DNA of 64,000 nucleotides from contig OY776562.1 of assembly GCA_963675785.1 (NCBI GenBank), forward strand, positions 736,001-800,000. The letters run 5' to 3'. Numbering within the stretch: the stretch's first letter is position 1; each line of letters begins with the position of its first letter. This DNA is from Anaerolineae bacterium. GTDB lineage: Bacteria > Chloroflexota > Anaerolineae > UBA1429. The position numbers were made by a program, and so were the translations under genes. The notes beneath the pieces were generated by a model. It was not told the origin of the DNA, ran no database searches, and worked only from the letters and a program-made list of their open reading frames with translations. Positions 19,901-28,856 of this stretch are shown piece by piece.

Positions 19901-20421
19901 AGATTGGGCGAGTAGGTAATATCTTCAGAATCGGGATTGATCAAGGTTTTTCTTAGTCGATTACCGTAAGAATGCTCATACATAAGTGCACCATCTGGGT
20001 TATTGGGATTATCTAGAGCCAAACCAACAGACAGCACCCACAAAACTCCTAGGATATGTCCAGTGATGGGTAGATCAATAAAGTATTGAGCTTTTTCGAG
20101 CTGGACAGGCTCACCATCTGTGTTAAAAATGATTCCATTTTTGTCCCTATCTTCTAATTTTTTTGGTAATACCAGCACATTAACTTTATTTTTTATCTGT
20201 TCTTCATATTCTTTCCATATACTTTCTTCTGCCAAAAGTGCGGTACATAGAGTGGAAAAACTGTCGTCGACTTGATCTGTTTCAAACTCAACTATCTTGT
20301 CTCGCAATGGGGGCATATATTTATCAAAGTAAACACTAGCCTTTAGTTTTTTGTAGGCGATGCAAATACGCTTTAATAGTTCATTAAATCCTTGACTTTC
20401 ATTGTTTTGTTCTTTTTGCAT
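16984..20421 (-). CDS. Reverse transcriptase-nitrilase fusion (DRT1-like UG/Abi defence-associated RT)
   Basis: RT motifs YGNRL, LDFKSFYYSVD, LPIGFLPS and YGRYVDD (YVDD at 19480-19491). C-terminal carbon-nitrogen hydrolase triad VLPES, QKVHYSPEE and CCYEL. Markedly AT-richer than its flanks. Confidence 0.92.
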   Translation of the reverse strand: MQKEQNNESQGFNELLKRICIAYKKLKASVYFDKYMPPLRDKIVEFETDQVDDSFSTLCTALLAEESIWKEYEEQIKNKVNVLVLPKKLEDRDKNGIIFNTDGEPVQLEKAQYFIDLPITGHILGVLWVLSVGLALDNPNNPDGALMYEHSYGNRLRKTLINPDSEDITYSPNLFEPYFIQYESWRDKALQYAKSRLDDKQDALILTLDFKSFYYSVDIQEEEFEKLFKYVKTLEPWQERVYKRIHAFVYAVLCAYSDKIREISTDMELQIGKRTILPIGFLPSKILSNWALTPFDDAIIKRWNPVYYGRYVDDIIIVDKVEKNSPLQKKANEVSKKYKNGEKITEQTERLTREFVINYYFCSCPASRTDCPNEQELFIGITSNRETPSEDKKTPSKEQDKTQVTDESSQARNFPSAYKINPAIFSTKGNPDIQIQDSKVRVFYFRKGASRALLDCFHTQIAQNASGFNYLPEMDTLLNKNDYSEIFHLQREDSIHKLRGVAGVELDKFSLSKFLGKYRQASGMIRDKKETVFDRDLLTILDRHALIENHTLWERLLEIMIVNDRLTNYQKLITNILETIVEFHVPDEKVKTSKESDEALLRTLRAAICRTAALRWGPNIKKTLKNIEEAAMKTLTVPRVGAGALDEFCIDFSYDSLLKTRKNYCTTRMINKYVIPLPIDCLLGVIFSDELSFDVCLYKLEDVVGYLDAKWEDQEYHYYPYMVTPQELSFALTCQAISSAVDLPDPIKQREKIETLYREWNYPNLRNSTSEEDGKKFALDKIKVGIFRDCSADEDHCGIASDDENKSDNKNSSTSERTRPEKFKKDTINRGCYAISIGDDSCKKLKVSIGNARLTDKDFYGALTGKANRSFERYQQLSDLLRAAIKEKVDLLVLPESYLPWEWVPDIARLCARNQMGLITGIEHIVSPAHEGENKKQRKVYNLTAIILPYRQENYEYAYITYHQKVHYSPEEKRIIKGYRFVPIEGNAYHLFYWRDVWFSVYCCYELASIQDRALFQSYADLTVAVEWNRDTNYFSSIIESLCRDLHCFCIQANSSDYGDSRVTSPSPTEKRDLIKTKGGKNSAILVDEIDIDALREFQRKEYELQHDDDTFKPTPPNFRPDIVERKQNHTLWKYVFEQDRKKAD

Positions 20422-20683
20422 AATCTTATGCCTTTGTAAAGTGAGTTCTGGCGATCAAATCTCTACCGAGTCTTGCAAAAAAAGCTCTTGTGTAACTATT
20501 ATCATGGACTTTTCACTAAACAGTGTGCTCTCTTGGTATTATTCAGGGAAAACATCAACTTACAGAGATAGAGAAGATTCTCAACTATTGAAACTGCTAA
20601 TAGATATCTTATGAAGCTATAATACACTTTTTTGCGTTAAAAGTCTGCTGTATCACTATAAATCACCAACGCGTAAGCCAACA

Positions 20684-20712
20684 TTGCACTTTTGGCTCTT
20701 GTTGGCTATTCT
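20684..20712 (+). promoter_or_regulatory. Promoter for manA overlapped by an inverted repeat
   Basis: TTGCAC, 17-bp spacer, TATTCT; AGCCAACA/TGTTGGCT inverted repeat around the -35 box. Confidence 0.55.
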
Positions 20713-20738
20713 GGTGAGGTACAAGCAAAGGGGAATCT

Positions 20739-21767
20739 ATGACGACTGATATCTATCCACTGACTTTTGAGCCTGTTTTTCGCGACTATATATGGGGTGG
20801 CCGTAATCTGGAGACGCTCTTCGGGCGCCACTTGCCAGAGGGGCGCATCGCCGAAAGCTGGGAGATCTCGGGGCACCCGAGTTCGCCAACTGTGGTGAGC
20901 AACGGCCCTTTGGCCGGCAAGACGCTACCGGAACTCGTCACCGAGATGGGCGTCGATTTGGTGGGCACCGCTTCAGCCGAGATGCTGGCTCGGGGCAAAT
21001 TCCCACTGTTGGTCAAGCTGCTGGATGCCAACCGAGACCTTTCGGTGCAGGTGCACCCCAACGATGCCTATGCTGGCGAATATGAGAACGGCGAACTGGG
21101 CAAGACAGAGATGTGGTACATCCTCTGGGCTGCGCCTAATGCCGAACTCATCTACGGTGTGGCGGAAGGGGTCACCAGGGAATCCTTCAAAAAGGCCATC
21201 GAGAGCAACACGTTGGAGACTCAATTGAACCGCATCCCCATCAAGGCGGGTGATACGGTTTTCGTGCCTTCGGGGACGGTGCACGCGTTGCTAGCGGGTA
21301 CGGTGGCGGCTGAGATTCAGCAAAATTCGGATACCACCTACCGTGTATATGACTGGGGTCGAGTAGGTGACGACGGCAAGCCACGTCCGCTGCACATCGA
21401 CAAGGCCTTGGATGTCATCGATTTCGACCGAGCGGCGCCGCCTTTGGTTGAACCCGTTCAGGTGTGGTCGGGCGAAGGTTTGGAGATGGACTCGCTGGTG
21501 GCCTGCCCACAGTTCAGGATCGACAGGGTTACAATGGAGCAGGGTCTGGCCATCGAGGGCTATTGCTCGGGCGTCACTTTTGAGATATGGGGCTGCATCA
21601 AGGGGCAAGTCAGGATAGAGCATGATGACGAGCTTTGGCCGGCGGTCGATATCTCTGCCGTAGGTTGGGTGTTGTTACCTGCTACTCTGGGGGATTTCAC
21701 TGTTCGGGCCAGTGAGGACAGCGTTTTATTACGGGCACGAATTCCCAAGCCCGAAAAAGGCAAGTAA
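20739..21767 (+). CDS. manA: Mannose-6-phosphate isomerase, class I
   Basis: IWGG, ESWE, FPLLVK, LSVQVHP, KTEMW, HAL and EIQQNSDTTYRVYD motifs. Confidence 0.93.
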   Translation: MTTDIYPLTFEPVFRDYIWGGRNLETLFGRHLPEGRIAESWEISGHPSSPTVVSNGPLAGKTLPELVTEMGVDLVGTASAEMLARGKFPLLVKLLDANRDLSVQVHPNDAYAGEYENGELGKTEMWYILWAAPNAELIYGVAEGVTRESFKKAIESNTLETQLNRIPIKAGDTVFVPSGTVHALLAGTVAAEIQQNSDTTYRVYDWGRVGDDGKPRPLHIDKALDVIDFDRAAPPLVEPVQVWSGEGLEMDSLVACPQFRIDRVTMEQGLAIEGYCSGVTFEIWGCIKGQVRIEHDDELWPAVDISAVGWVLLPATLGDFTVRASEDSVLLRARIPKPEKGK

Positions 21768-21796
21768 AAGAGGGGCGGTCTTGACCGCCCCTCTTT
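21766..21796. terminator. Bidirectional terminator
   Basis: AAAAGAGGGGCGGTC, short loop, GACCGCCCCTCTTT between convergent genes. Confidence 0.85.
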
Positions 21797-21863
21797 CTCT
21801 AGCAGCTTTTGGTAGACAGATGTTCCGCAGCCAGTCGCAAACTGCCGCAGTCGCAAACTGCCA

Positions 21864-22655
21864 CTATTCGGCGATTACGTGGTTGGTGAGTACACCGATG
21901 CCTTCTATCTCAATGTCTACGACATCGCCTGCATGTAGGAATACCGGCGGTTTGCGCGCAAAGCCTACGCCAGAGGGTGTCCCCGTCATGATGACGGTGC
22001 CCGGAAGCAGCGTCAGGTTTTCTGAGAGGTAGGAAACCAATTTGGCGCAGGAAAAGATCAAGTCATTGGTGTTGGAATCCTGCATGGTTTTGCCATTGAC
22101 TCGCGAAGTGACGCGTGCATTATCGGGGTCGAGATCGGTTTCGATCCAGGGGCCTAGTGGGCAAAAATTATCAAACGATTTTCCGCGTGCCCATTGGCGG
22201 TCAATTTCCAGTTGGCAATCGCGCGCGCTGACGTCGTTGCCGCAGGTATAACCCAGCACGTAATCCAAAGCATCTTCTTCAGAAACATGTTTGGCTTTTT
22301 GGCCGATGATGATAGCCAATTCGCATTCATAATCCACATGATCCGGCGCAATGCGCGGTAGTACGATGGGATCGCTGGGGCCGCAGACCGTAGTGGTGGC
22401 CTTGATGAACAGCAAGGGCCGTTCGGGCAGCGTTTCGCCGCCTTCCATGGCGTGGGCCCGATAGTTAAGCCCGATGGCCAGCACATTGGGAGGATCGACG
22501 GGCGCCAACAGGCGAGAATCTATAGGCAGGGTGGTGCTGCTGTCCACCGACCAATCTCCAAAGACACATCCTTTGATGGGGTGGTACCCCTTGTCGCCGA
22601 TGACGACATGTACCGGTTTGCCGTCTGGGCCGCTGATACGGGCGATTCTGGTCAT
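21864..22655 (-). CDS. Fumarylacetoacetate hydrolase family protein
   Basis: IGLNY..H, DYECELA, GNDVSARD, GKSFD..PLGP and TGTP.GVG motifs. Confidence 0.93.
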   Translation of the reverse strand: MTRIARISGPDGKPVHVVIGDKGYHPIKGCVFGDWSVDSSTTLPIDSRLLAPVDPPNVLAIGLNYRAHAMEGGETLPERPLLFIKATTTVCGPSDPIVLPRIAPDHVDYECELAIIIGQKAKHVSEEDALDYVLGYTCGNDVSARDCQLEIDRQWARGKSFDNFCPLGPWIETDLDPDNARVTSRVNGKTMQDSNTNDLIFSCAKLVSYLSENLTLLPGTVIMTGTPSGVGFARKPPVFLHAGDVVDIEIEGIGVLTNHVIAE

Positions 22656-22699
22656 CGCTGGTCCTTTCGTTCTTACAATGGATGATGAGCTATCGTTTG

Positions 22700-23650
22700 T
22701 CAGTTCAAAGATTGGCTGACGAGCGCCGCGCCGCCGAGCACCCCGGCATCGTTTTCAAGTACGCTTTCCACAACCTCTATCTCACGGGGCATCTCGATAG
22801 AGGATTCTCGCTGGATAATATTGCTCACTACATTGATGCTTTCGGGCCAGGCTTTGACTACGCCGCCACCCAATACCAAGAGTTGGGGACTAAGCAGGTT
22901 GACGAGATTGGCTAAAGCGACCCCCATATATTCAAAAGCCTCTATCATCGCAGCGCGCGCGCCTTGATGACCGGAATTGGCCTGATCGATCACTAGGGCA
23001 GCGCCAGCATAGCGTGTGCCTAGCTGAAAGAGCTCTCGTGGATCAAAGAGAGTTTGAGCAGTGCGTTCCAATGCCTTGGCCGAGCAATACATTTCCACAC
23101 AGCCATGTCCACCGCAGGTGCACAGGCGTCCACCCGGCACTACTTTGGTATGGCCGAACTCACCGGCCATGCCGTTACTGCTGTGGTAAACCTGGCCGTT
23201 CAGAATGAGGCCCGAACCGACACCAGAGCCCACAAATACCGCTGCCATATCATCGACTTTGCGACCTACACCAGCAGTATGTTCACCAAGAGCGATCAGG
23301 TTGGTGTTGTTGTCCAAAAAGGCGGGAATGGAGAGGTCATTCTGCAAGTCGTCAACGATAGATGCACCATCTAACACGCTCAGGTTGGGGCAGACGATGA
23401 CATTGCGTCGTTCCACGTCTACGACGCCGGGCACGCCCACCCCAATGCCACAGATATCAGCGAGGGGGATATGCTTGTCATCGAGAAAGCGCCGTGTTGC
23501 ACTGGCCAGTGCGGCTCCCCCCGGCCTTTCGCCTGTGAAGATGACACTGCTCATGGGCCTGTCTCGCGTTACAATGCGTGGCATATCACGTTCTACTATG
23601 GCAAAGTGCGTCCGCGTTGCGCCAATGTCAACTGCCATTCTATAGCTCAT
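22700..23650 (-). CDS. ROK-family sugar kinase
   Basis: VDIGAT, GVGVPG, GSGVGSG, AGEFGH and CTCGGHGCVE motifs; no N-terminal HTH. Confidence 0.9.
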   Translation of the reverse strand: MSYRMAVDIGATRTHFAIVERDMPRIVTRDRPMSSVIFTGERPGGAALASATRRFLDDKHIPLADICGIGVGVPGVVDVERRNVIVCPNLSVLDGASIVDDLQNDLSIPAFLDNNTNLIALGEHTAGVGRKVDDMAAVFVGSGVGSGLILNGQVYHSSNGMAGEFGHTKVVPGGRLCTCGGHGCVEMYCSAKALERTAQTLFDPRELFQLGTRYAGAALVIDQANSGHQGARAAMIEAFEYMGVALANLVNLLSPQLLVLGGGVVKAWPESINVVSNIIQRESSIEMPREIEVVESVLENDAGVLGGAALVSQSLN

Positions 23651-23687
23651 ACTTGCACTCCTCGCGCCACTGCGTCAAACGGCAATT

Positions 23688-25241
23688 TCAGCCGCCCGGA
23701 TGTGATGGATATCCCGTTATATCCCTGATCTCTTCATAGAGTGCCCGCAATCTGCGGTACATTTGCAAATAGACGCGGGTGTAAAGCTCTTCATATATTT
23801 CTGCATTATCTTTGTTGGGTTCAAAAACACGCCCCAACCTGCACATCGATGTGACCGCTGTCTCATGGTCGGGATACCAGCCGAGGCCAACGGCAGCATT
23901 GATGGCGGCACCGAGCGAAGATGTTTCATAGATATGCGGTCTGGCTGTGGGTAGGTTGAACACGTCGGCAGTGATTTGCAGGGCCTGATCGGATTGTGAA
24001 CCACCGCCAGATACGCGCAGCTCATGCACGGGTTTATGGGAAGCTCGTTCGGAGCGTTCTTTGCCTTCGCGCAAGGCGTAGCATAGCCCTTCAATAATAG
24101 CACGATAAACGTGCGCGCGCGTATGAACATCGCCAAATCCGATCATCGCCCCCTTGGCCTCTGGGCCGGGCAGCTTGACCCCTGGCGCCCAGTAGGGCTG
24201 AACTAGCAAGCCCATCGAACCAGGCGGCACTTCGGCAGCCAGCTCATCGAACAGTGATTCTGGTTCAATGCCCAAACCGGCAGCCAGGTTTTCTTCGCGC
24301 AGGCCAAACTCCTGTCGGAACCAACTTACCATCCAATAGCCGCGGTAGATCTGCGTCTCCAGGCTGTAATGATCGGGCACAGCCGCCGGATAGGGCGGTA
24401 TGAGTGGAATCGTCTCGACATAACGCTTGTGGGTGGTGTTAAAGGTGGCTGTCGTGCCGTAACTCAGGCAACCAATATGTGGGTCCAGCGCACCAGCGCC
24501 AATGACTTCGCAGGCTTTATCTCCGCCGGCGGCGAACATGGGTAAGCCCTCGGGGATGCCGGTAGCCAGGCTGGCCTCATGGGTGATATGGCCCAGTATG
24601 CCGCTGGGGGGCACAAGGTCGGGCAATATCGATTCAGGCATGGGAACAGCCTTCCACTTCCAGCTGCCTTTACTGGCCCAGACTAGTTTTTTATAGTCAA
24701 ATGGCACATAACCCACTTGCGAAGCCACTGAATCGACTGTTTCACCAGTGAGAAGGCGCGTCAGGTATCCCGACAAAAACAGATATTTGTCCGTCTTGTC
24801 CCATATCTCTGGCTGATGCTTTTGGATCCAGTTGCTTTCGGCCTCTGCCTGAAAGTAGGCGACGGTCTCTCTCATGCCGGATAGCGCAAAGAGCAGCCCC
24901 CACAAACCGCCCACGGGGGGCAAGCCTTCGGCTCGCCGCTGATCCAACCAGACAATAGCCGGGCGCAGTGGCTTGCCTTCGCGGTCGATGTTGACTACTG
25001 TGGCACGCTGTGTGGTGAGCGAAACACCTTTGATTGCCTCTTTGGGGATAGAGGTTGTATCCCAAAGCTTGTTGCAAACGCAACATAGCTGCCGCCAAAA
25101 ATACTCGGGATCCTGCTCTGCCCAACCAGGATTTACAGAATAGTAAGGATCGAGGATGACCCGCGCCATTTCGACGAGGTTGCCCTGAGCATCAATGATT
25201 GTTGCCCGAACGCTCTGGGTGCCGTTATCGATGGCCAGCAC
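23688..25241 (-). CDS. FGGY-family carbohydrate kinase
   Basis: [21 protein letters not shown] and SGGGSQS motifs; start codon uncertain. Confidence 0.92.
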   Translation of the reverse strand: MLAIDNGTQSVRATIIDAQGNLVEMARVILDPYYSVNPGWAEQDPEYFWRQLCCVCNKLWDTTSIPKEAIKGVSLTTQRATVVNIDREGKPLRPAIVWLDQRRAEGLPPVGGLWGLLFALSGMRETVAYFQAEAESNWIQKHQPEIWDKTDKYLFLSGYLTRLLTGETVDSVASQVGYVPFDYKKLVWASKGSWKWKAVPMPESILPDLVPPSGILGHITHEASLATGIPEGLPMFAAGGDKACEVIGAGALDPHIGCLSYGTTATFNTTHKRYVETIPLIPPYPAAVPDHYSLETQIYRGYWMVSWFRQEFGLREENLAAGLGIEPESLFDELAAEVPPGSMGLLVQPYWAPGVKLPGPEAKGAMIGFGDVHTRAHVYRAIIEGLCYALREGKERSERASHKPVHELRVSGGGSQSDQALQITADVFNLPTARPHIYETSSLGAAINAAVGLGWYPDHETAVTSMCRLGRVFEPNKDNAEIYEELYTRVYLQMYRRLRALYEEIRDITGYPSHPGG

Positions 25242-25269
25242 ATAGGGCCCGCCCCGTGAGGAGGATGGA

Positions 25270-26232
25270 CTAGTCGTAATTGCCCTCCTCGCGCCAGATT
25301 TTGAGCATCATTTCATAGCGTTCCAACGGCATTCCGGTGAATACGCAGTTACTGGTAGAGAAAACATAGCCACCGCCGGGCATGCCGTTGCGCAGCGCAT
25401 ACCGCACCGATTCGATGACTTCTTCATCGGTGCCGGTGGTGAGCAGCCCGCAGTTGACGTTGCCAATCAGGGCTACCTTATCGCCAACTAGTCGCTTGAT
25501 CTCGGCAATATCCACGCCGCCCTGCGGGTCCAGGCTATGCAGTGCGTGGGGGCCGGCATCTACTAACTCATTTAGGATGGGCATGATGTTGCCATCGGTG
25601 TGTTTGATGGTGTAAAAGCCTAATTCGCGTTCCCCTTGTACCACCCGTTTAAGAAACGGGGCGACGGCCTTGCGGAACATGCGCGGGCTGAGAAACGGAC
25701 CTGTGTTAAAGCAGTAATCGGAACAGAGGGCAAAGCCATCCAATCCGCCGTGGGCGGCCAGCTTGGCGGCTTTTTCCAGTTGGGCATCCACGCGACGGTC
25801 GGCTTCGGCCAGGGCTTCATCGGTCTTGTTATAGAGCCAGGCGCACCATTCGGTCATCTTGTCACCGTTGGGGATGGAATACGTGGCGTCGCCGTGCATC
25901 ATCAAAAAGTAGGTGTCACCGCTCTTTTCCCGAATCGCGTCGATGAGGCGGTAGGTCTCTTCCAGCGTGTTGGGGTTGGGGTGGATAAAGATGGCATCGT
26001 GTTCGAATCGTTGTGCCGTGCGGATATATAGATCGGCCATATCTTGCCGATGCAGTTCGCGTTCTGTCTCCGTCATCTGGTCCCACTGATGGTAGCTGCG
26101 ATGGCTAGGATGCACTTGCCCAAAGGCCTCCATCGTGAGGAAAAAGACGAGTTCGAAATGGGGCACGCGACCGTGGATAGGCTTTCTATCGAGCGCTGCG
26201 GCAAAGCGTTCGCGTGGGGTCGGATCTATCAA
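25270..26232 (-). CDS. Uroporphyrinogen decarboxylase/methyltransferase-like family protein
   Basis: TPRERF N-terminus, SDY....GPFLSP, HTDGN, LIGNV and [10 protein letters not shown] motifs. Confidence 0.85.
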   Translation of the reverse strand: MIDPTPRERFAAALDRKPIHGRVPHFELVFFLTMEAFGQVHPSHRSYHQWDQMTETERELHRQDMADLYIRTAQRFEHDAIFIHPNPNTLEETYRLIDAIREKSGDTYFLMMHGDATYSIPNGDKMTEWCAWLYNKTDEALAEADRRVDAQLEKAAKLAAHGGLDGFALCSDYCFNTGPFLSPRMFRKAVAPFLKRVVQGERELGFYTIKHTDGNIMPILNELVDAGPHALHSLDPQGGVDIAEIKRLVGDKVALIGNVNCGLLTTGTDEEVIESVRYALRNGMPGGGYVFSTSNCVFTGMPLERYEMMLKIWREEGNYD

Positions 26233-26372
26233 GGCGGCCTCCGTGTTAGATGAAAACGACCAGGCTGATACCGGTAGCTAAGATTAGCGATGAGAGCGTC
26301 TTGTGTCAACCCAGGGTGCTTGCCAGCGGCGCAGATAAGACTACTATTTAGGGATGGAACTGGAGGGGGATT

Positions 26373-27281
26373 ATGGAAAATGAGCGCGCCATCGAGACAA
26401 AAGATCTCACTGTATCTTATGGCAAACACAGGGGAATCACCGATGTCGATCTTGCCGTAGAGTCTGGCGAGGTTTACGGCTTTCTTGGGCCTAATGGTGC
26501 TGGTAAAACAACAACCATGCGTACGTTGCTCGACTTGATTAGGCCAGTATCGGGCACGGCGACGATCTTTGGCTTGGATTGCCAACGCCAGGGAGCTCAT
26601 GCTCGCGAATATGTGGGCTATATGCCGGGCGATCTCAACATGTATTCTCAGCTCTCTGGCAAAGACTATTTGGCCATGATCACTTATTTGCGTGGCAATC
26701 ATATCGACAAACGCTATACCGAGATGCTCTGTCAACGGTTGGATTTGAACGTGAATCGGCGCATCGGTGAATACTCGACCGGCAATCGACGCAAGCTGGG
26801 TCTGGTAGCCGCCTTTATGCCCCAACCGCAGTTGCTCATGCTGGATGAGCCGACCTCGGGCCTCGACCCCTTGGTGCAAGAGACGGTGCTCGATATGGTG
26901 CGTGAGGCTGTAGACGGAGGTAGCACTGTTTTCTTCTCCACCCATGTGCTCTCAGAGGCTGAGACGATCTGCGACCGCGTCGCTCTCATTCGCGAAGGTC
27001 GTGTGATCACGGTGGAAAGCGTCAAGAGCCTTACTGCCAAGCGCTTAACAACGTTATCACTAGAGCTGGCTCATGCTGTTTCGGCGGAGGCTATTGAACG
27101 CAAAGGTGTTGAGGTGTTGAGCATCGAGGGCAACCTCATTCGTGTTCAGATCACCAGTGGTTTGCCCGAGTTTATGCGCCAGATGTCGTTGTTGGGCATC
27201 GAGTCCATCACCACTGAGCCGGTCACTCTCGAATCTGTCTTTCTCTCATACTACCGAGGTGAGGAGGCCCCCCGTGTATAG
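26373..27281 (+). CDS. ABC transporter ATP-binding protein (ABC-2 exporter)
   Basis: GPNGAGKTT, YSTGN signature, LDEPTSGLD and STH motifs. Confidence 0.93.
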   Translation: MENERAIETKDLTVSYGKHRGITDVDLAVESGEVYGFLGPNGAGKTTTMRTLLDLIRPVSGTATIFGLDCQRQGAHAREYVGYMPGDLNMYSQLSGKDYLAMITYLRGNHIDKRYTEMLCQRLDLNVNRRIGEYSTGNRRKLGLVAAFMPQPQLLMLDEPTSGLDPLVQETVLDMVREAVDGGSTVFFSTHVLSEAETICDRVALIREGRVITVESVKSLTAKRLTTLSLELAHAVSAEAIERKGVEVLSIEGNLIRVQITSGLPEFMRQMSLLGIESITTEPVTLESVFLSYYRGEEAPRV

Positions 27282-28107
27282 CATCCTACGCAAAGAACTC
27301 CGTTTTCGCCTGAGCGGCATGTTCTGGTGGTTTATTGGCGGATTGAGCTTGGCACTGATGGAGGTAGCGATCTTTCCCTCTATGGCCTCGCAATTGAGCG
27401 GCATGGATTTTCCCGCCTTTTTCGAGTTGTTTGGCCCTGTTGCTCAAATGTATACGATCGAAGGATTCTTATCCGTCGAGATGTTCGGATTCATGGTGCC
27501 GCTGGTGGTATGCATTTACGGCGTGGTGTTGGGCGCCAACCTTTTGGGTGGCGAAGAAGACGAGGGCACGCTTGAAATCCTGGCAGCTTTGCCCGTTCGT
27601 CGTTGGAAGATCGTGGTAGGCAAGGCTATCGCCTTGGCTGTTCTGGTTCTCATCCCTTTAGTGGGCATGTTGTTGGGCACGATTTTGGGTCTGGAATATA
27701 TTCAAGACCAATTGACAAGTACTATCGAGATGCGCCTGTTGCTGCTCAATACGTTGTTTTCCTGGCCGCTCGCGCTCGCATTTGCTTATCTGGGGTTGTG
27801 GTTGGGGGCCTATTTGCCAACGCGCTCGATCGCATCTTCGTTTGGCACTTCGCTGGCGGTCATCGCTTATTTTATGGATACGCTCGGTGGAATGGTGCCA
27901 GCCTTACAGGATTACCGCCTGTATTCCCCCATGTATTACTACAGAAGCCTCGATGTGCTTCATGGAGAGTTGGATTGGGGCGCGCCAGCGCTGTTGCTGG
28001 GGCTTGCAGCAATCCTTTTGCTGTTTGCTCTGGCCAGCTTTGCCCGGCGCAACATCACCGTCCATGCCTGGCCCTGGCAACGCAATCGTCAGCTTGATGC
28101 GGAATAA
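27274..28107 (+). CDS. ABC-2 type permease
   Basis: About 6 TM segments; GEEDEGTLE.L...PV.R motif; GTG start at 27274 after GAGGAGG. Confidence 0.88.
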   Translation: MYSILRKELRFRLSGMFWWFIGGLSLALMEVAIFPSMASQLSGMDFPAFFELFGPVAQMYTIEGFLSVEMFGFMVPLVVCIYGVVLGANLLGGEEDEGTLEILAALPVRRWKIVVGKAIALAVLVLIPLVGMLLGTILGLEYIQDQLTSTIEMRLLLLNTLFSWPLALAFAYLGLWLGAYLPTRSIASSFGTSLAVIAYFMDTLGGMVPALQDYRLYSPMYYYRSLDVLHGELDWGAPALLLGLAAILLLFALASFARRNITVHAWPWQRNRQLDAE

Positions 28108-28142
28108 AAAAAAGAGGCGCTCACAAGAGCGCCTCTTTTTTT
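28106..28142. terminator. Bidirectional terminator
   Basis: A-tract, GAGGCGCTC, loop, GAGCGCCTC, T-tract. Confidence 0.9.
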
Positions 28143-28713
28143 ATAGTTCGCCCGGTGCAACATTGACCGGCCCAATAAAGGCTTGGCCATCCTCCAGGAC
28201 GATTCGCGTAACAGCGCCAAAATCGAGAGGCGGACATTCGTCCAGCGAGCGCCAGTCTTTGCCATGCCAGGCCAGCATCATCATCTGGATCACATCCTCA
28301 TGGGCCACAATAAGAACTCGCTCAAAGCCATAGTTGTCCATGAATATCTCGATGCGTGGCATAACGGCCGTAACACGAATCCAGGCTCGTTTTTGCCCGG
28401 TAATAACTTGGTCTTCCGTCCATTGAGCCATCACCGGGTGCCCAAAGGGATCGAGCATGAGGTCATCAACATTCACGGCCTGAAACTCTTCCAAATCCCA
28501 GCGGGTCATATCAGGAATCTCCGCCAAAATGATGTTGGCCGTCTCTTCGGCGCGAATCATGGTGCTAGAGATCAAAAAACGAATATCCAGTCGCTTGCAC
28601 ATCTCGGCCAACTGGAGGCTCTGCGTTTGGCCTAGCTCAGTCAAGCTTGCGGCAAACAAATCGATGCTATGGTCGTAATCCACATGTCCGTGGCGTGCCA
28701 GATAAAGCTCCAT
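28141..28713 (-). CDS. Histidine phosphatase family protein
   Basis: LYLARHG, LTELG..Q, SS...RA.ET and LIVAH motifs. Confidence 0.85.
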   Translation of the reverse strand: MELYLARHGHVDYDHSIDLFAASLTELGQTQSLQLAEMCKRLDIRFLISSTMIRAEETANIILAEIPDMTRWDLEEFQAVNVDDLMLDPFGHPVMAQWTEDQVITGQKRAWIRVTAVMPRIEIFMDNYGFERVLIVAHEDVIQMMMLAWHGKDWRSLDECPPLDFGAVTRIVLEDGQAFIGPVNVAPGEL

Positions 28714-28856
28714 TGCGCTCCTCATTAGCTTGCAAACCCCCTAATTCTAGGCTGGGCCAGAGTCAGGGTCAAAATGTCATCGGGCAGCTTATGAGATATT
28801 CACGCCCTGTGCCCCCAATGGGGCTATGCTATAGACGTATCAACAAAGGAGTGCTC

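Noticed and set aside
20402-20614. 70-aa plus-strand ORF in the RT leader
   Set aside because: TTG start overlapping the RT start in antisense, no RBS and no recognisable motif.
20663-20716. Imperfect palindrome beside the RT island as an integron attC site
   Set aside because: The ends do not fit RYYYAAC/GTTRRRY, no integrase is present, and the manA promoter with an operator explains it.
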